The position numbers and the translations under genes are program-made. Positions 13,166-26,729 of a DNA stretch of 64,000 bases are shown piece after piece; within the stretch, counting starts at the first letter, position 1; each line of letters opens with the position of its first letter. Source of the DNA: Eledone cirrhosa (lineage: Eukaryota); assembly GCA_964016885.1 (NCBI GenBank), contig OZ024748.1, positions 49,600,001 to 49,664,000 of the forward strand. The letters are read 5' to 3'. Under the pieces are notes generated by a model. The model saw nothing but the letters and a program-made list of their open reading frames with translations, was not told the DNA's origin and ran no database searches.

Positions 13166-14398
13166 AAGAGAGTGTATATGTGTATATGAGTGTGAGAGGG
13201 AGAAAGTGTGTGGGTGAGTGAGAAAGAGAGCATATGTGCAAGTGTGTGTGTGTGTGGGCTATGTATGATATGGTTCTTCATAAGGCAGACTGTATTCCTA
13301 AAAGATTCAAGACAATTTTGAAATCAAGCATACATTTCAGAAAGCCAAACAGTTTGTCTGTGGTTGTTTTGGATAGAATGTCAACTTCATAGTTGACTAG
13401 ATATAATGCAAGCCTTCTGGTTCTAAGGGATTTGGGGCTTTAAGTTCCTCCAATAATGTGGAAACTTGTTGAATGATCTTAAAGTTTTGTTAGTTTTTAC
13501 TAAATTGATTTCCTATTGATTCTAAATGTGTTAATATGATCATGTTTTTAATTTCTTTCTTAATCTTGTATTGATGATAAAAAAGTGTGAGTTAATAATA
13601 CACATGTACAGTATATATACTTAAGACCCTCCAATCTCAAAACTGTAACAGAAGCTCTGTTGTGAACCCTTTTCTTATCATATTTCTTATTTATAACACT
13701 GAATGTGATTTTCAAATAATTTTGAAAATAATCCAAGATTTGAAGGGATTTAGTAATATGACTACCTTTCTTATTATGAAGCTGGTGTTCAGAATATAAC
13801 TTAACAACACTTAGTACATAAGTTTTTAGATGAATATAAATACTTTTGTTACTATATTTCTTAATATTTTAATGATTTTCCAATAATTTTGAAAATAATT
13901 ATTTCTACTTTTGGCACAAGGCCAGCAATTACCCAGTGCATTGCTGGTACTTTATTTTATCGACCCAGTAAGGATGAAAGGCATAAAATTCAAAAGGATT
14001 TAATAATATAAACAATTTTCTCATTATTTAGCTACTGTTTGAAATATAACTTAAAGGTTTGTATATATACAATTGTGATGGAAGATTTTTAGATAAACAG
14101 AACACCATATTAGCAGATAGGTCTCATCCATTTACTGTTGAAATTCCTAATTTTTTCTGATTCTATTCTGATAGTTTCTTCTCTCTCACATCTCACCTAT
14201 AGAATCCTCTTCCAGCTCATTGCTTTCCAAACCTCTACAATTTGCAAAAATTCAAAAGCAACATTTAATTGCTATCTTTTCTCTCCTTGAATTGTTATCT
14301 GTCTTGTCCTTCTCCCTTCTATCTAATCCCTTGCATTTTAGTGGCTTTATTGCCTTGCTTGGGGTGAGCAATATATATGGTGCCTCAGTCGGGATTTT

Positions 14399-14468
<70 letters not shown>

Positions 14469-15063
14469 CATATAAAAATGAGAAAACTCATTGATAGAAC
14501 AGCCATTAAAACAGCTAAATACTGCCAAAGACAGCAATGGGCAAAAATGCCTCAGCAGACAGAGACCAGCGACCAGTGGTCAACAGAGAGACAATTCACA
14601 AGATGGGTGACAGGCAGAAGAAATATAGAAAAGATTGAAAGAAGAGGAGAAAAGGGGAAATGTGTTGGCACAGAGAAGTGACTGGAAGAGGAAATAAAGA
14701 AAAGCAATGTACAAGACAAGTTTATACACACATATTTTCACTCCATCAGCTCTCAAACCAGCAAAATGGTTTCGCTCAATTTAATTGAGAATACCATTCT
14801 AAAATGGTGGATTATGCAACAGAAAAATAAATCTTTGTATGATGTGTGTGATCAAACAAACAGCACAGATAGAAGGATGAAAGGAAGCAAAGAAAAACCA
14901 TTTCTATATTTCATTTGCCTGTCACCCATCTTGTGGATTGTCTCTCTGTTGACCACTGGTTGATGATCTCTGTCCTCTGAGACATATTTGCCCATTGCTG
15001 TCTTTGGCAGTATTTAGCTGCTTTAATGGATGTTCTAGTGAAGAGTTTTCTCATTTTTATATG
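14469..15063. repeat. Diverged fold-back element, arms about 147 bp
   Basis: 14469-14616 is an imperfect reverse complement of 14916-15063. Confidence 0.8.
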
Positions 15064-15653
15064 TTTTCTAATACACTCTCGCTTCGTCTCAATCAGAGAC
15101 AACATTGTTTAGATATATACGAGCGAGACACGGTCACTCAACCAATCTTGCCTCAAGTGGGACAACTCCCGTCTAACCCATGCTAGCGTGGAAGATGGAC
15201 GTTAAACGATGATGATAATGATATATATATGTATATATATAGATGCGTGTATGTATATATTTAATTATTATTACTTTTATGATTTAAATAACCTCTGTCA
15301 TTTTCGTTCTACTAATTTATTTACATTATTCTTAACTCTGAAGCCGAGAATCATTCGGTTTCCTAAATAGAATATTAGTCTACGACTCCATTTATGCCAT
15401 AAACGTGGTTTTGTCTTTGCATGTAATTGTTCTCATCGCTCCAGATAATGACATATTATCTTCGCTTTTTTCCGTTCATTGCCAGGGAGCGTCTTCACGA
15501 ACCAAAGTATCATCTTCCTGTCTTCTTTCGGTTGCATCGTTTTTCGAAATATTTACTTCTGCGTTCACAGATTGATTTTTTTAGTTTCAGAAGATCCCGT
15601 TAAGGGTGAAAGCAGCGATTCTTTGCTTAAACTTTAATCTGTTATTTTAATAA

Positions 15654-15691
<38 letters not shown>

Positions 15692-15822
15692 GCTGAAGTT
15701 TTTTTTACATATATTTAGTTTTTTATTGTGTATCGACCTGTTACTCGTGTTTCACAGAGGATTGGCTCAGGGTCACCCATGCTTGTTTTGGTACAACCAC
15801 CAGTAATTCACTGAATCACATA

Positions 15823-15877
<55 letters not shown>

Positions 15878-16726
15878 TATATATAGATATATATATATAT
15901 ACACAAACACTTTATAGCAAACAGCTTTATATAAAATATAGAAGCTGGTATTAAAAGGATTAAGAGAGTACTCAGCTGTAAAATACATGTTCTGAATTTT
16001 CCAAACTTGTGGAACTACCATTCTGTAAAATAAGATATAACAAACTAAAATAAGTGGCTAAATTTTTTAGTTGATAATTTCTTGTAGAATTACATAAGCT
16101 GCCATGACAACAGAATTGGGGAAAAAAATCAATTTAAATAGGTTGCTAAAAGATCAGGGTGTTAAAAGAATTGGTTATAAATAAATAATGAAATAAAATC
16201 AGTAATGCAGCATTAGTAATGTGATTAGAGGAGACTTTAGAAAGTTATTTTAGTTTTGACTACATTTTAACTACATGTGTTAGCTGTGAGAAATGAGGGA
16301 AAAGAAATCTTGCTTGATAATGGTCTAATCAAGTATGAAGCAAAGAAGAAAGAAGAATAGAAAAACAGAAAGGAAGGGCCATGGAATGGGTAGAAACAGA
16401 AGCAGAAACAGCAGTAGAAGTAGAAATCAAATTTCCTGTACATTGCTAAAAGGTGTTATAGGTGTATATGTATATAGTTGTGTGGTTAAGAGGTTTCCTT
16501 TGCCAACTATACTGTTTTGGGTTTGATCCCACTAGACAACGCCAGGACCAGGTCAACTAAAGCCTTATGAGTCAAATTTGGTAGACAGAAACTGTGTAGA
16601 ACCCTGGTTAAAGATTTAATCCATCACCCAGTTTGACAGCCACTATCTAGGCCTATTGTGCCTTTAGTGGAGTCCACTCTGTTGATCATTTAAGCAAGGT
16701 ATATTGTCCAGGAATATCTTCCTCCG

Positions 16727-18310
16727 CTTCCATTCACCAGTCAAGGCTGGGTGCCAAGAGATCATATTGGATGTACCTCCTTCTGTTCACCAGTCAAGGC
16801 TGGGTACCAAGAAGTCACATTGGATGTCCCTTGCTTCCATTCACCAGTCAAGGCTGGGTGCCAAGAGATCATATTGGATGTACCTCCTTCTGTTCACCAG
16901 TCAAGGCTGGGTACCAAGAAGTCACATTGGATGTCCCTTGCTTCCATTCACCAGTCAAGGCTGGGTACCAAGAGATCATATTGGATGTACCTCCTTCTGT
17001 TCACCAGTCAAGGCTGGGTACCAAGAAGTCACATTGGATGTCCCTTGCTTCCATTCACCAGTCAAGGCTGGGTACCAAGAGATCATATTGGATGTACCTC
17101 CTTCTGTTCACCAGTCAAGGCTGGGTACCAAGAAGTCACATTGGATGTCCCTTGCTTCCATTCACCAGTCAAGGCTGGGTACCAAGAGATCATATTGGAT
17201 GTACCTCCTTCTGTTCACCAGTCAAGGCTGGGTACCAAGAAGTCACATTGGATGTCCCTTGCTTCCATTCACCAGTCAAGGCTGGGTACCAAGAGATCAT
17301 ATTGGATGTACCTCCTTCTGTTCACCAGTCAAGGCTGGGTACCAAGAAGTCACATTGGATGTCCCTTGCTTCCATTCACCAGTCAAGGCTGGGTACCAAG
17401 AGATCATATTGGATGTACCTCCTTCTGTTCACCAGTCAAGGCTGGGTACCAAGAAGTCACATTGGATGTCCCTTGCTTCCATTCACCAGTCAAGGCTGGG
17501 TACCAAGAGATCATATTGGATGTACCTCCTTCTGTTCACCAGTCAAGGCTGGGTACCAAGAAGTCACATTGGATGTCCCTTGCTTCCATTCACCAGTCAA
17601 GGCTGGGTACCAAGAGATCATATTGGATGTACCTCCTTCTGTTCACCAGTCAAGGCTGGGTACCAAGAAGTCACATTGGATGTCCCTTGCTTCCATTCAC
17701 CAGTCAAGGCTGGGTACCAAGAGATCATATTGGATGTACCTCCTTCTGTTCACCAGTCAAGGCTGGGTACCAAGAAGTCACATTGGATGTCCCTTGCTTC
17801 CATTCACCAGTCAAGGCTGGGTACCAAGAGATCATATTGGATGTACCTCCTTCTGTTCACCAGTCAAGGCTGGGTACCAAGAAGTCACATTGGATGTCCC
17901 TTGCTTCCATTCACCAGTCAAGGCTGGGTGCCAAGAGATCATATTGGATGTACCTCCTTCTGTTCACCAGTCAAGGCTGGGTACCAAGAAGTCACATTGG
18001 ATGTCCCTTGCTTCCATTCACCAGTCAAGGCTGGGTACCAAGAGATCATATTGGATGTACCTCCTTCTGTTCACCAGTCAAGGCTGGGTACCAAGAAGTC
18101 ACACTAGATGTACCTCCTTTCTGTTTACCAGTCCAGGCTCGGTACCAAGAAGTGACATTGCACCTTTCTCCCTTCCATTCACCAGTCCAGGCTACAAAGA
18201 AGTGGCACTAGACGTACCTCCCTTCCATTTACCAGTCAAGGCTGAGTACCAAGAAGTCACACTAGGTGTATCCCACTTCCATTCATCGGTCCAGGGTACC
18301 AAGAAGTGAC
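16727..18310. repeat. 107-bp dimeric minisatellite (53+54 bp subunits), about 13 dimers plus degenerate monomers
   Basis: Alternating subunits share ccagtcaaggctgggtaccaaga. Period 107 (16951 to 17058). Confidence 0.95.
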
Positions 18311-18400
18311 ACAGGAAGGCACTGCACCCCCCCCCCCCCACATCTACAATTCATTGGTGTACCCTCAAATTTAGAAAATAGAATCTATATAAAAAAGAAC

Positions 18401-18697
18401 CATCATCATCATCATTTTACGTCTGCTTTTTCCCTGCTTGCAAGGGTGGGACGGGAACTGATTCTGGCTTGATTTCTACAGCTGGATGCCCTTCCTAACA
18501 CCAACCTCATTTACAGTGAGTGCTGGGTGCTTTTTTTGCCGTGGCTCCACGACCACTTTGCAGTGGAATGATATGGACCCCAGTCCCTATCATCTCATTT
18601 CTACAGCTGAGTAAACTGGAGCAATGTGAAATAAAGTATCTTGCTCAAGGAAACAACACATCACCCGGTCTGAGAATTGAACTCATAACCTTTCGAT
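18401..18697 (-). mobile_element. tRNA-derived SINE family B, 5'-truncated
   Basis: Reverse complement of 19599-19940. Confidence 0.8.
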
Positions 18698-18705
18698 ATG
18701 CCTCC

Positions 18706-19250
18706 ATGGTGGTGGTAGTGCTTGTGATGGTACTGGTGATGGTGCTGATGGTGGTGGTGGTAGTGCTTGTGATGGTAATGGTGATGGTGCTGATGGTGGT
18801 GGTGGTAGTGCTTGTGATGGTACTGGTGATGGTGCTGATGCTGGTGGTGGTAGTGCTTGTGGTGGTAATGGTAATGGTGCTGATGCTGGTGGTGGTAGTG
18901 CTTGTGATGGTACTGATGATGGTGGTAGTGGTAGTGCTAGTAGTGCTAGTGGTGGTGGTGGTAGTAGTAGTGCTAGTGGTGGTGGTACTGTTGGTGATGC
19001 TGATGGTGGTGGTAGTGCTAGTGGTGGTAATGCTAGTGCTGGTGGTGATGGTGCTGGTGATGATGGTGTTGGTGAGAGTGGTAGTGCTAGTGGTGCTGGT
19101 GGTAGAGGTAGTGGTAGTGGTGCTACTGGTGCTGGTGGTAGAGGTAGTGCTAGTGGTGCTAGTGAGAGTGGTAGTGCTAGTGGTGCTGGTGGTAGAGGTA
19201 GTGCTAGTGGTGCTGGTGGTAGAGGTAGTGCTAGTGGTGCTGCTGGTGAT
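18706..19250. repeat. (GGT/GAT/GCT)n low-complexity tract
   Basis: Direct reading. Confidence 0.9.
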
Positions 19251-19598
19251 AGTTAAAAGACATCTAAATTTGTTTTGTGTGTTTGGTAAATTGCCCAGAA
19301 TCAATATTTACATACGGAACTGTTGTTAATCAACAGTTCCGTATGTCTACCAAAGTACAAAGTTAATTATATATTTGTTCAGTTGTTCCTTGTAACTCTT
19401 ATTCACCTATATACATATATACTATGTGAACCAATAAATCATCTTACCCCTGTGTGGTTGCTTGATGTGCTACAAATAGAAGCTGAACCACCCTTTTTAT
19501 ACCAAGGCTATACTAAATGACATTTGCCATGGACCCGTATGGACCCGTAACTCTTGATGAAGTCATAAAGGCTCCATATTGACATACAGCATTTCTTG

Positions 19599-19940
19599 GG
19601 GGCACATGGCTTAGTGGTTAGAGCATTGGCCTTGCAATCGAAAGGTTGTGAGTTCAATTCTCAGACTGGGTGATGTGTTGTTTCCTTGAGCAAGACACTT
19701 TATTTCACATTGCTCCAGTTTACTCAGCTGTAGAAATGAGATGATAGGGGCTGGGGTCCCTATCATTCCACTGCAAAGTGGTTGTGGAGGTGCCACGGCA
19801 AAAAAGCACCCAGCACTCACTGTAAATGAGGTTGGTGTTAGGAAGGGCATCCAGCTGTAGGAATCAAGCCAGAATCAGTTCCCGTCCCACCCTTGCAAGC
19901 AGGGAAAAAGCGGACGTAAAATGAAATGATGAAATGATGA
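19599..19940 (+). mobile_element. tRNA-derived SINE family B, full length
   Basis: tRNA-like head TGGCTTAGTGGTTAGAGC...GAGTTCAATTC, central CCTTGAGCAAGACAC, RTE-like tail ending in (ATG)n. Confidence 0.85.
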
Positions 19941-20259
19941 TTCTAAAACCTGGTTGAGCCCATCTTCTCTCCTGGTCCCAATACAGCAGATTTCTTCAAG
20001 AGAAGGATAGAGAGTGATAAAGAGAAGAAGTGAGAAAGAGCTATAGAGGAAGAATTGACCTCAAATCTAGAGGTACTTTTTTTTATCGACCTCGAAAGAA
20101 TGAAATGCAAAATTGACCTTGGCGGGATCTGAAATGAGAGAGCAGAGAGTTGGAATACAACAGAACATTCTATCTGACGTTCTAACAACTTTATCAAGTC
20201 ACTGCTGAGACAGTGGAATTAAACCCAGGAACTAATGATTGTGAAGTGAACTTCTAAAC

Positions 20260-20379
20260 CAGAGGTTCTCAAACTTTTGGGGCCGCAGCCATGTAATATC
20301 CGCAACGCCCCCAACTCTATTTCCAGAGAGACTTGCCTACATATAAATTGTAAATAATATATAATAACTAAAATCGTAA

Positions 20380-20417
<38 letters not shown>

Positions 20418-21562
20418 ATACTTTGGGAGGGTCATGTTGCCAATAAGAAACACACGCACCAGTTGCTTTCACTTCAATTTATTATAATAAATTTATTAAT
20501 TTCCAGTTGGTTGGTTCCACAACCAGATGGTTGTTTATATATTGTCAAAGTTCTTTTGTCACACATTCTGTGACCTCTTCGGTGACTGGGGATTCTTTTC
20601 TTTGTTTTTGTGCCTCTCCTTTGTTCTGTCCTACGCCATCTTGTTTCTGTGTGTGTGTTGTGTGCTCAGTCTGCGCATGCGCCACATCCACAATTTATTA
20701 TAATAAATTGAAGTGACAGCAACTGGTGCATGTGTTTCTTATTGGCAACATGACCCTCCCAAAGTATAACAATATCGGTTTCAACACACGTTTTCAGATA
20801 AAGAATCTTGCTAAACAAATTCAGAAACGAAATATAATATATACTATGTATAAAACATCATCATCATCATCATCGTTTAACATCCATCTTCCACGCTAGC
20901 ATGTGTTGGATGGGTTTGTCCCACTTGAGGCGAGTGGTCAGGTGACCATGTCTCGCTTATACAGAACTGTTTCTGGCAGGTTTTCCAACACCAACCACAT
21001 TTACAGGGTGGACTGAGAGCCTTTTTACCATTCTCCTACATGACCACTTTAGTGTGGACTGGGTGCTTTTTGTCGTGTCTCCTACACGACCACTTTAGTG
21101 TGGACTGGGTGCTTTTTGTCGTGTCTCCTACACGACCACTTTAGTGTGGACTGGGTGCTTTTTGTCGTGTCTCCTACATGACCACTTTAGTGTGGACTGG
21201 GTGCTTTTTGTCGTGTCTCCTACACGACCACTTTAGTGTGGACTGGGTGCTTTTTGTCGTGTCTCCTACACGACCACTTTAGTGTGGACTGGGTGCTTTT
21301 TGTCGTGTCTCCTACACGACCACTTTAGTGTGGACTGGGTGCTTTTTGTTGTGTCTCCTACACAACCACTTTAGTGTGGACGGAAGTGGGAGGATGGAGT
21401 AAATATTATATATTTTTTATTTTACTATATTTATATATAATATGTATCATTTGATATTTAATATACAATTATATCATCTTTACCTTTCCCTTAGGCCCCA
21501 GCACACCTTGAACCTTCTCAATGCTCCTTGAGGGGCAGTAGCACACACTTTGAGAACCTCTA
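20260..21562. mobile_element. hAT-like MITE with nested insertions
   Basis: Terminal inverted repeats (TIRs) CAGAGGTTCTCAAA / TTTGAGAACCTCTA. 8-bp target-site duplication (TSD) ttctaaac / ttttaaac. Confidence 0.65.
21040..21381. repeat. 46-bp minisatellite, about 7-8 copies
   Basis: Unit cactttagtgtggactgggtgctttttgtcgtgtctcctacacgac. Confidence 0.9.
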
Positions 21563-21820
21563 TTTTAAACCATTCAGTCATGTTACATCCACTCCCCCAA
21601 CACACCTAGTAGACTAATGAAAGACTATTTATACATTCTAGCCAGTGTTCTGTTATGGAATGTTACAAACATGGCTAATACAAAGTAACAAATCACTCAC
21701 TATTCCTATTTCTGAACATAAATAAACCTTTTTATTGTTACTTTGTATTTTAACAGCTAATATTGTCCACCACACTAAAGAAAGTATTCCCCAGACAACA
21801 TTCTTCCAATATTCACAGAC

Positions 21821-21895
<75 letters not shown>

Positions 21896-21996
21896 TCCCT
21901 CTCTCTCTCTCTCTCTCTTTCTCACTATATATATATATATATGCATATGTATATATATCTGTATATTTATATACATGTATAATATATATATATATA

Positions 21997-22225
21997 TAGA
22001 AGTGGTTACACAACAGTTAGTTCACCATACCGAGAACAATTGTTTCACCTTTGCGGATCCTCAGCTCGTAATGGACATGGTTTCCATTACGAGCTGAGGA
22101 TCCACTAAGGTGAAACAATTGTTCTCGGTATGGTGAACTAACTGTTGTGTAACCACTTCTACCTAACTCGTCCCATGGACTGATTGCTCTACCACTACGG
22201 ATATTACCTTCCAGTGTTCTACCAC
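21997..22225 (+). mobile_element. Fold-back (79-bp arms) plus tail element between (TA)n tracts
   Basis: 21997-22075 pairs with 22083-22161. Carries hammerhead motifs. Confidence 0.8.
22088..22130 (+). ncRNA. Candidate minimal type I hammerhead ribozyme (mirror copy on - strand at about 22028-22070)
   Basis: tacgag-CTGAGGA-tccactaaggt-GAAA-C-AATT-GTT-ctcggta. Stem I is cgag/ctcg, stem III is palindromic CAATTG with a GUU site, and stem II is weak. Confidence 0.6.
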
Positions 22226-22261
<36 letters not shown>

Positions 22262-22330
22262 CATATATATATACATATATATATATACATATATATATAT
22301 ACATATATATATATATACATATATATATAC

Positions 22331-22474
<144 letters not shown>

Positions 22475-22609
22475 TTATATATATGTATAAATATATATAC
22501 ATATATATTTATATATATGTATAAATATATATATATATATATCACAACAATCACCAAACCACACTAGAGAACCCACATTTCTCTTAAAAAGGATTTTCAA
22601 CTCATATAT

Positions 22610-23075
22610 ATGAAGGATGCGTATGAAGGATGACAGCTGCATAAAAAGGTGCAGAGCACTAGAAGTCAATGGAAACCGCGGAGTGGGGAGACCCAAGAAG
22701 ACCTGGGATGAGGTGATAAAAGCCGACCTTACCCAATTATACCTCTCAAAGGCGATGACACACGACCGTGACCTCTGGCATCATGCAGTAATACAGAAAA
22801 CCCGACCTCCCATGGGTACAAGCTGAAGCATATAGACAATATGCCCCCACACCCTCCCACTGCAAGGTGGTCGTGGAGGTGCCACGGCAAAAAAGCACCC
22901 AGCCCACACTGTAAATGAGGTTGGTGTTAGGACGGGCATCCAGCTGTAGAAATCAAGCCAAAATCAGTTCCTGTATGAGCAAGGCATGGTCAGCCGACCA
23001 GACACTGCCCACAACAGGACAACCTGTCTAACCCATGCTAGCATGGAAGAATGGACGTAAAACAGTGATGATGAT
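22610..23075 (+). mobile_element. RTE-clade LINE 3' fragment
   Basis: MRMKDDSCIKRCRALEVNGNRGVGRPKKTWDEVIKADL C-terminus, 3' UTR and (GAT)n tail. Confidence 0.85.
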
Positions 23076-23975
23076 ATATGTATATATATATATCATCACC
23101 ATCATCGGGGTTGATTTAATTGTCTTTCCTTTTCCCTTTCCCTTCAAATTGCTGGCCTTGTGCCATTAGTAGAATCAATCATTATTAGTCATAGTAGTAC
23201 TGCTTTCACTGAAATATTATGTAATATTAAATCTCCATTTTGGTCCATCTCAGTTAATCTGTCAATATTTATACTTATGGAGTTCAATGAATTTATCAAG
23301 TCATTAGAAAGTTAGATAGAATGATTCGCTGTATTTGTTCTGCTTCTCTAAACTCTGAGTTAAAATCCTGTCCTGACCTTTGGTGGTCAATAAAAAAAAA
23401 AGTACCAGTTAATTACTGGAGTCGATTCTTCCTATATGTTTTTCTAGAGGAGAGTAAGTGAGAAAGATCTCTTTCTCACTTCCTCTCCTCTAGAAAAAAA
23501 TTGGTTGTGTTCTGTCCTGGAGTGCTTTGCACTTCACCAAGCTTAAATTACCCTTACTGAGTGGACTGCATGCTTTTTTCATGGTACCAGCACTACCACT
23601 TTGCTAGGTGGACTGGAAGCTTTTTTTGTTGTTGTGACACCAGTGCACCTTACAGATCATACCGGGTGCTCTCTTTTTGAGGTATTAGCCCTACCACATT
23701 ACAGAGTAGACTGGAAGTGTTTTGTCATGGCATTAATGTGACCACCTTACAGGGAAGACTGGTGCTTTGTTTTTATGGTACCAGTGCTACCAGCTTGCTG
23801 GCTGGACTGGAAACTTTTTGTCATGGTATTAATAAGACCACCTTACAGCGTGGACTGGCGTGTTTTATCATGTGAAAAAAGAGAACAAGCATCAGGCTAC
23901 ATGTTGTTTGTTATATATAAAATGTTTATATAATTTCTTTAACTTTTATCTGTTATTTTTTTTTCTCTTTCGCAG

Positions 23976-24430
23976 GTGCATTCCTCATTCCATACCTCAT
24001 CATGCTGTTTGTAGAAGGAATGCCATTGCTTTACCTGGAATTGGCCATTGGACAGAAATTTCAGAAAGGCAGCATTGGCGTATGGAATGCCATTCACCCA
24101 TATCTTGGAGGAATTGGTATTGCCAGTGCTGTGGTCTCCCTACTATTAGCAATCTATTATAATGCCATCATTACCTGGTGTTTCTTTTATCTCTTCAATT
24201 CATTCCAAAAAGACCTGCCATGGGAAAAATGCCCATATGATGGCAACATGACTGTTGAAGAGTGTGACATAGCTGGACCGTCTTCATATTATTGGTATCG
24301 AGAGGCACTAAACATATCTCCTTCCATTGATGTATCTGAAGGAATTAATTGGAAAATATTTGGCTGTTTCGTTTTTGCCTGGATTGTAGTCTACTGCTGT
24401 GTATGTCGTGGTATCCAGTCTTCTGGCAAA
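23976..24430 (+). CDS. SLC6 amino acid transporter (SLC6A15/17/19-like), internal exon covering TM2-TM4 and EL2
   Basis: Polypyrimidine tract plus cgcag| acceptor (phase 1). Translates (G)AFLIPYLIMLFVEGMPLLYLELAIGQ...YYNAIITWCFFYLFNSFQKDLPWEKCP...CVCRGIQSSGK, which contains hallmark SLC6 motifs. Donor AAA|gtaagg. Confidence 0.95.
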
Positions 24431-24757
24431 GTAAGGAATCAATCCTTTTTTCTTCTTTTTTCTTCTTCAATTGTAAAAACCACCAATTCTCTTCCCTTAT
24501 TAGTTCATATTCATAAGGGTGGTACATTGGCAGTATCGGTAGAGTGTTGGATACCATGCTTTGCAGCATAGAGTTACGGCCCTTTACGTTCTGAGTTTAA
24601 ATCTCGCCATGGTTAGCTTTGCCTTTCATCCTTTCGGGGGCGATAAAATAAAGTACCAGTAACACACTGGAGTTAATTTAATCAACTTTCTCCTCCCCAA
24701 AAATTGTTGGCCTTGTGCCTAAATCAGAAACCATTATTATTCATCCATGGTGGATAA

Positions 24758-24945
24758 GGGCGGTGGATTAGCAGTATCAGTAGACGGTCAGACGCTGTGC
24801 TTTCCAGCATAGTTACGTCCCTTTACGATCTGAGTTCAAATCCCGCCGAGGTTGACTTTGCCTTTCATCCTTACGGGGTCGATAAAATAAAGTACCAGTA
24901 ATGCACTGGGTAATTGCTGGCCTTGTGCCTAAAGTAGAAACAGTT
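24758..24945 (+). mobile_element. SINE family A (an older copy lies at about 24518-24735)
   Basis: Matches the consensus. Confidence 0.85.
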
Positions 24946-25853
24946 ATTATTCATCCATGGTGGACATAAAATTAATTTCTAAATTAGGTGCTAGATCAGC
25001 AAATTTGCAAGGAGGGCAAAGTTGATTAAATCAACACCAGTACTTGACTGGTTCTTTATTTTATCCAACCTGGAAGGATGAAAGGTAAAGTTGAACACAG
25101 TGGAATTTCAACTCAGAATATAAAGAGCCAGAACAAATAGCACAATGGCATTTCATCTGATGCTCTACCAATTCTGTCAATCTAACTGTGGACATAACAA
25201 TTGATGTATTAAAACAAAGAATGTTTAGCTCTCTTGCTACAAAATAGCCTGGAATCATCCTTGGTTCTATGATACAAGGCTATTTGTTTTAAAGTGTTTA
25301 TATTTATCTAAAAGCTGCCTATCATAATCTTATATAAGAACCTTTGTTAAGTTATGTTCCAAAGACCATCATGTTAATGAAAATGTTCCATCTAAATTCT
25401 TGATTTCTTTCAAATCTTTTTAAAGTATTTTGGTAATGAAAAAGTTAGTTATTTTACTAAATTCTTCCAAATTTTCAATTATTTAAAAAATTATTTGAAA
25501 ACCATTGGGAGTATATTTTCATTAGAAATATGGCAACAGAAGGTTTAATTTTTCATAGGGAATATTAAGGAATATTAATAATAAAAACTCTTAACTTCTG
25601 CAGTCAAATATATTACATTTACATTTGTATCTTTGGCCATTTCAGACGCATAACCCCTTCCTTACTGGTTGAGACCATGCTGGGGCATTGCCATTGTCAC
25701 TACACTGTCTACTGACAACAACCAGAAATAGTCAGGGATTTAGTTCTATAAGCGACTTTCTCATTATTTATATGTTCTTTAGATTGAAACTTAAAGCTTC
25801 TTACATAAAATTATGATGGATGTTTTTTTTTAGATAAATATAAACACTTTTAA

Positions 25854-26073
25854 CCCTTTAGCATTTATATTACTCTATATATACTATTGTATTTTTGTGG
25901 TAAAGGCTTTATCTTACATTATCACGCATAATATTGAATCTACAAGATTTTTATATTATTTATTTTGAGAACAATACCTTAACGTCAGTATGAGCGACCA
26001 GTTACGACCAGTTTAAACAGAAAGAGGTGAGAGAATTCTGGCCTAATATGGCCGGCGTTTAAATGCTAAAGGG
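25854..26073. mobile_element. piggyBac-like MITE
   Basis: TIR CCCTTTAGCATTTA / TAAATGCTAAAGGG with TTAA on both sides. Partial relatives at about 26553 and 54417. Confidence 0.75.
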
Positions 26074-26729
26074 TTAAAGGGTTCATATTTATCTAAAATA
26101 TGTCCACCATAATGAGTAAATAGACTTGTATCTTTGAACTTAGGGTATTTTCAATTGTTTTGGTATCAAAAGGGTTAACCATATTATGATATGTCTCTAT
26201 AAAGACACTTGGGCTATCTAACAGAATTGATCAATTTACACACTCCAGATCTAATCTGAGAGTGGATGTCAAAATGTCAACTATTTCAAGCATTCACCAT
26301 CTAATCTATTTTGATTGTTTTCAGCACTAGTTACCCAGTAACCAATCCTTCTTATCTTGTTAGAGTATATACTAAAGATACCATGCAGCAGCAGTAACAG
26401 TATTAGTAGCAGTAGCAATAGCAGCAGTGGTAGTAGTAGTAGTAGTAGTATTGGTGGTGTTGGTGTATGAGGTTATTAATCCCTACAACCACCTGAAATT
26501 CCCTCTGATTCTATGATACAAAATCCATTTTTTTTCTTTTAAGTATTCATATTTAACCCTTTAGCATTTAAACTGGCTGTATCCAACCATAATTCTCTCA
26601 CCTCTTTCTGTTCAAACTGACCATAACTTGCTACTCCTACTGATGTTAAGGTATTCTTCTCAAAACAAATAATATCAAAATTTCATAGATTTGATATCAT
26701 GTGAGATAAAACCTTTACCGTGAAAATAT

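Noticed and set aside
19599-19670. tRNA gene-like sequence
   Set aside because: It is the head of SINE B and continues into the SINE body in all full-length copies.
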